Below are positions 24,406 through 25,339 of a DNA stretch of 25,339 bases, piece after piece. The position numbers were made by a program, and so were the translations under genes. The DNA lies in IMG/VR virus record IMGVR_UViG_3300044911_002081, positions 1 to 25,339 of that record, one strand, 5' to 3'. Numbering within the stretch: position 1 is the stretch's first letter; every line of letters starts with the position of its first letter. The stretch is from a virus. Taxonomy: Duplodnaviria; Caudoviricetes. Under the pieces are notes generated by a model, which saw only the letters and a list, made by a program, of their open reading frames with translations, did not search any database and was not told the origin of the DNA.

Positions 24406-24666
24406 TTACTTTTTCTTTGGTGCAGCCTTCTTCTTGACTGTCTTCTTCTCGAGTTCAGCTGCCGCTGCTGTCAGAACCTTCTGGGCGACTACGCCGAAGG
24501 CTGGATCTTTCTTATTGACAAAGCGGATAACCACAGGGATTACCGCGGCAATGCCTGCATTGAGAAGTACCGCAGGATCTGTTTCACCTGCAAGGTAGAG
24601 AGCTGTTGCTGCTGCAATGAATGAGCGTACATAGGACGCTGCCATTGCCTTGAGTTGTTTGTTCAT
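24406..24666 (-). CDS. Holin-like membrane protein
   Basis: Two TM helices, SYVRSFIAA, N.KD.AFG and a Lys-rich tail; GGAGG RBS. Confidence 0.7.
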   Translation of the reverse strand: MNKQLKAMAASYVRSFIAAATALYLAGETDPAVLLNAGIAAVIPVVIRFVNKKDPAFGVVAQKVLTAAAAELEKKTVKKKAAPKKK

Positions 24667-24805
24667 GAACTTCCTCCCGTTAACAACATTTACTGGAGCT
24701 GCCAACAAGAGAAATAGTAATACAAGTCTCGAAGGTTTATTGGGTGAGAGAGGAGAAAACGCCCCTAGATTACCCTCTTCAGAAACAGATTATCGAACTG
24801 CTTCT

Positions 24806-25018
24806 TTAAGGGTCCGTCTTAGTCTTCCTAGCAACCACTACATCTTTCGGTTCCCAGGTCGAATTACATGAGCAACCGCAGATCCAAAGCTTGTCGAACC
24901 AGGCTACTTCATGTGGACACTTGTCATGGAAGGTGTCGTTACAGAATCCACAAGTCCTCTCGGACTTGAACACTGTTCGGACTCCGTACCAGTCCAGGTG
25001 GTTTGTTTCTTTACTCAA
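24806..25018 (-). CDS. Small Cys/His zinc-binding protein
   Basis: CGFC...H..C...ICGCSC. Confidence 0.65.
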   Translation of the reverse strand: MSKETNHLDWYGVRTVFKSERTCGFCNDTFHDKCPHEVAWFDKLWICGCSCNSTWEPKDVVVARKTKTDP

Positions 25019-25339
25019 TAACGTAGACCGTCTGCTTGTGGTGGCGGAGCTTCACTGTGGGATCTACCCAAATCTTAAATCCTGACCGTTGAGCATTCCC
25101 ACACCACGAGTAATCTTCCCCAACGTTTACTCTCATCTCTGAGTCGTCCTTCCACTTGATCTTCCCGATAAGGAACCATGGTCTAGGAATACTTTCAAAG
25201 ACTCCAGCTTTCACCGCAACGAATCCAAATCCGACACCGCCTACTTGAACAGGAGACTCATGGAAGATAAACTCAACCTTGTTCATACGAGTTGGGACTC
25301 CTCTATCGTCTGGAAGTTGGGCGGCAACCGTTCCCGTCT
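25011..25339 (-). CDS. GT2/GT-A glycosyltransferase-like protein, 5' end outside the window
   Basis: GFGFVAVK..VFE....PWF...GEDYSWC..A...G.KIWVDPTV...H; frame open to the window edge. Confidence 0.75.
   Translation of the reverse strand, partial: TGTVAAQLPDDRGVPTRMNKVEFIFHESPVQVGGVGFGFVAVKAGVFESIPRPWFLIGKIKWKDDSEMRVNVGEDYSWCGNAQRSGFKIWVDPTVKLRHHKQTVYVIE

Noticed and set aside
1-25339. Stop-codon reassignment or tRNA genes
   Set aside because: Known proteins are full length in the standard code, all three stop codons are used, and no cloverleaf with a T-loop consensus was seen.

Overview
Segment of a tailed dsDNA phage genome, probably infecting an actinobacterium (inferred from the holin type, DUF6011-like and TerS-like proteins, and apparently leaderless genes). 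Almost all genes are on the minus strand. Recognisable products: terminase large subunit, a TerS-like protein ~18 kb away, an SLT-type lytic transglycosylase, a CHAP/peptidoglycan-binding protein, a holin, an HDAC/AcuC-family deacetylase, a dual-specificity phosphatase, an HslV-like Ntn hydrolase, a subtilase, a MoxR/CbbQ AAA+ ATPase with its VWA partner, and a truncated GT2 glycosyltransferase. Between them lie many small genes, most with their own copy of an extended -10 promoter (TGATATAATT, ~25 copies) and a conserved ACGACGAAAGGA-type start box. Three observations stand out. (1) A 1.6-kb four-gene island (12323-13935) in which CC/CT on the template strand (AG/GG in the mRNA) occurs almost only inside RGCY or ribosome-binding sites. 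(2) A promoter-to-terminator small RNA (~5444-5563) whose loops are antisense to translation starts of these and neighbouring genes. (3) Several structured 5' leaders. All counts were made by eye; no database searches or folding software were used.
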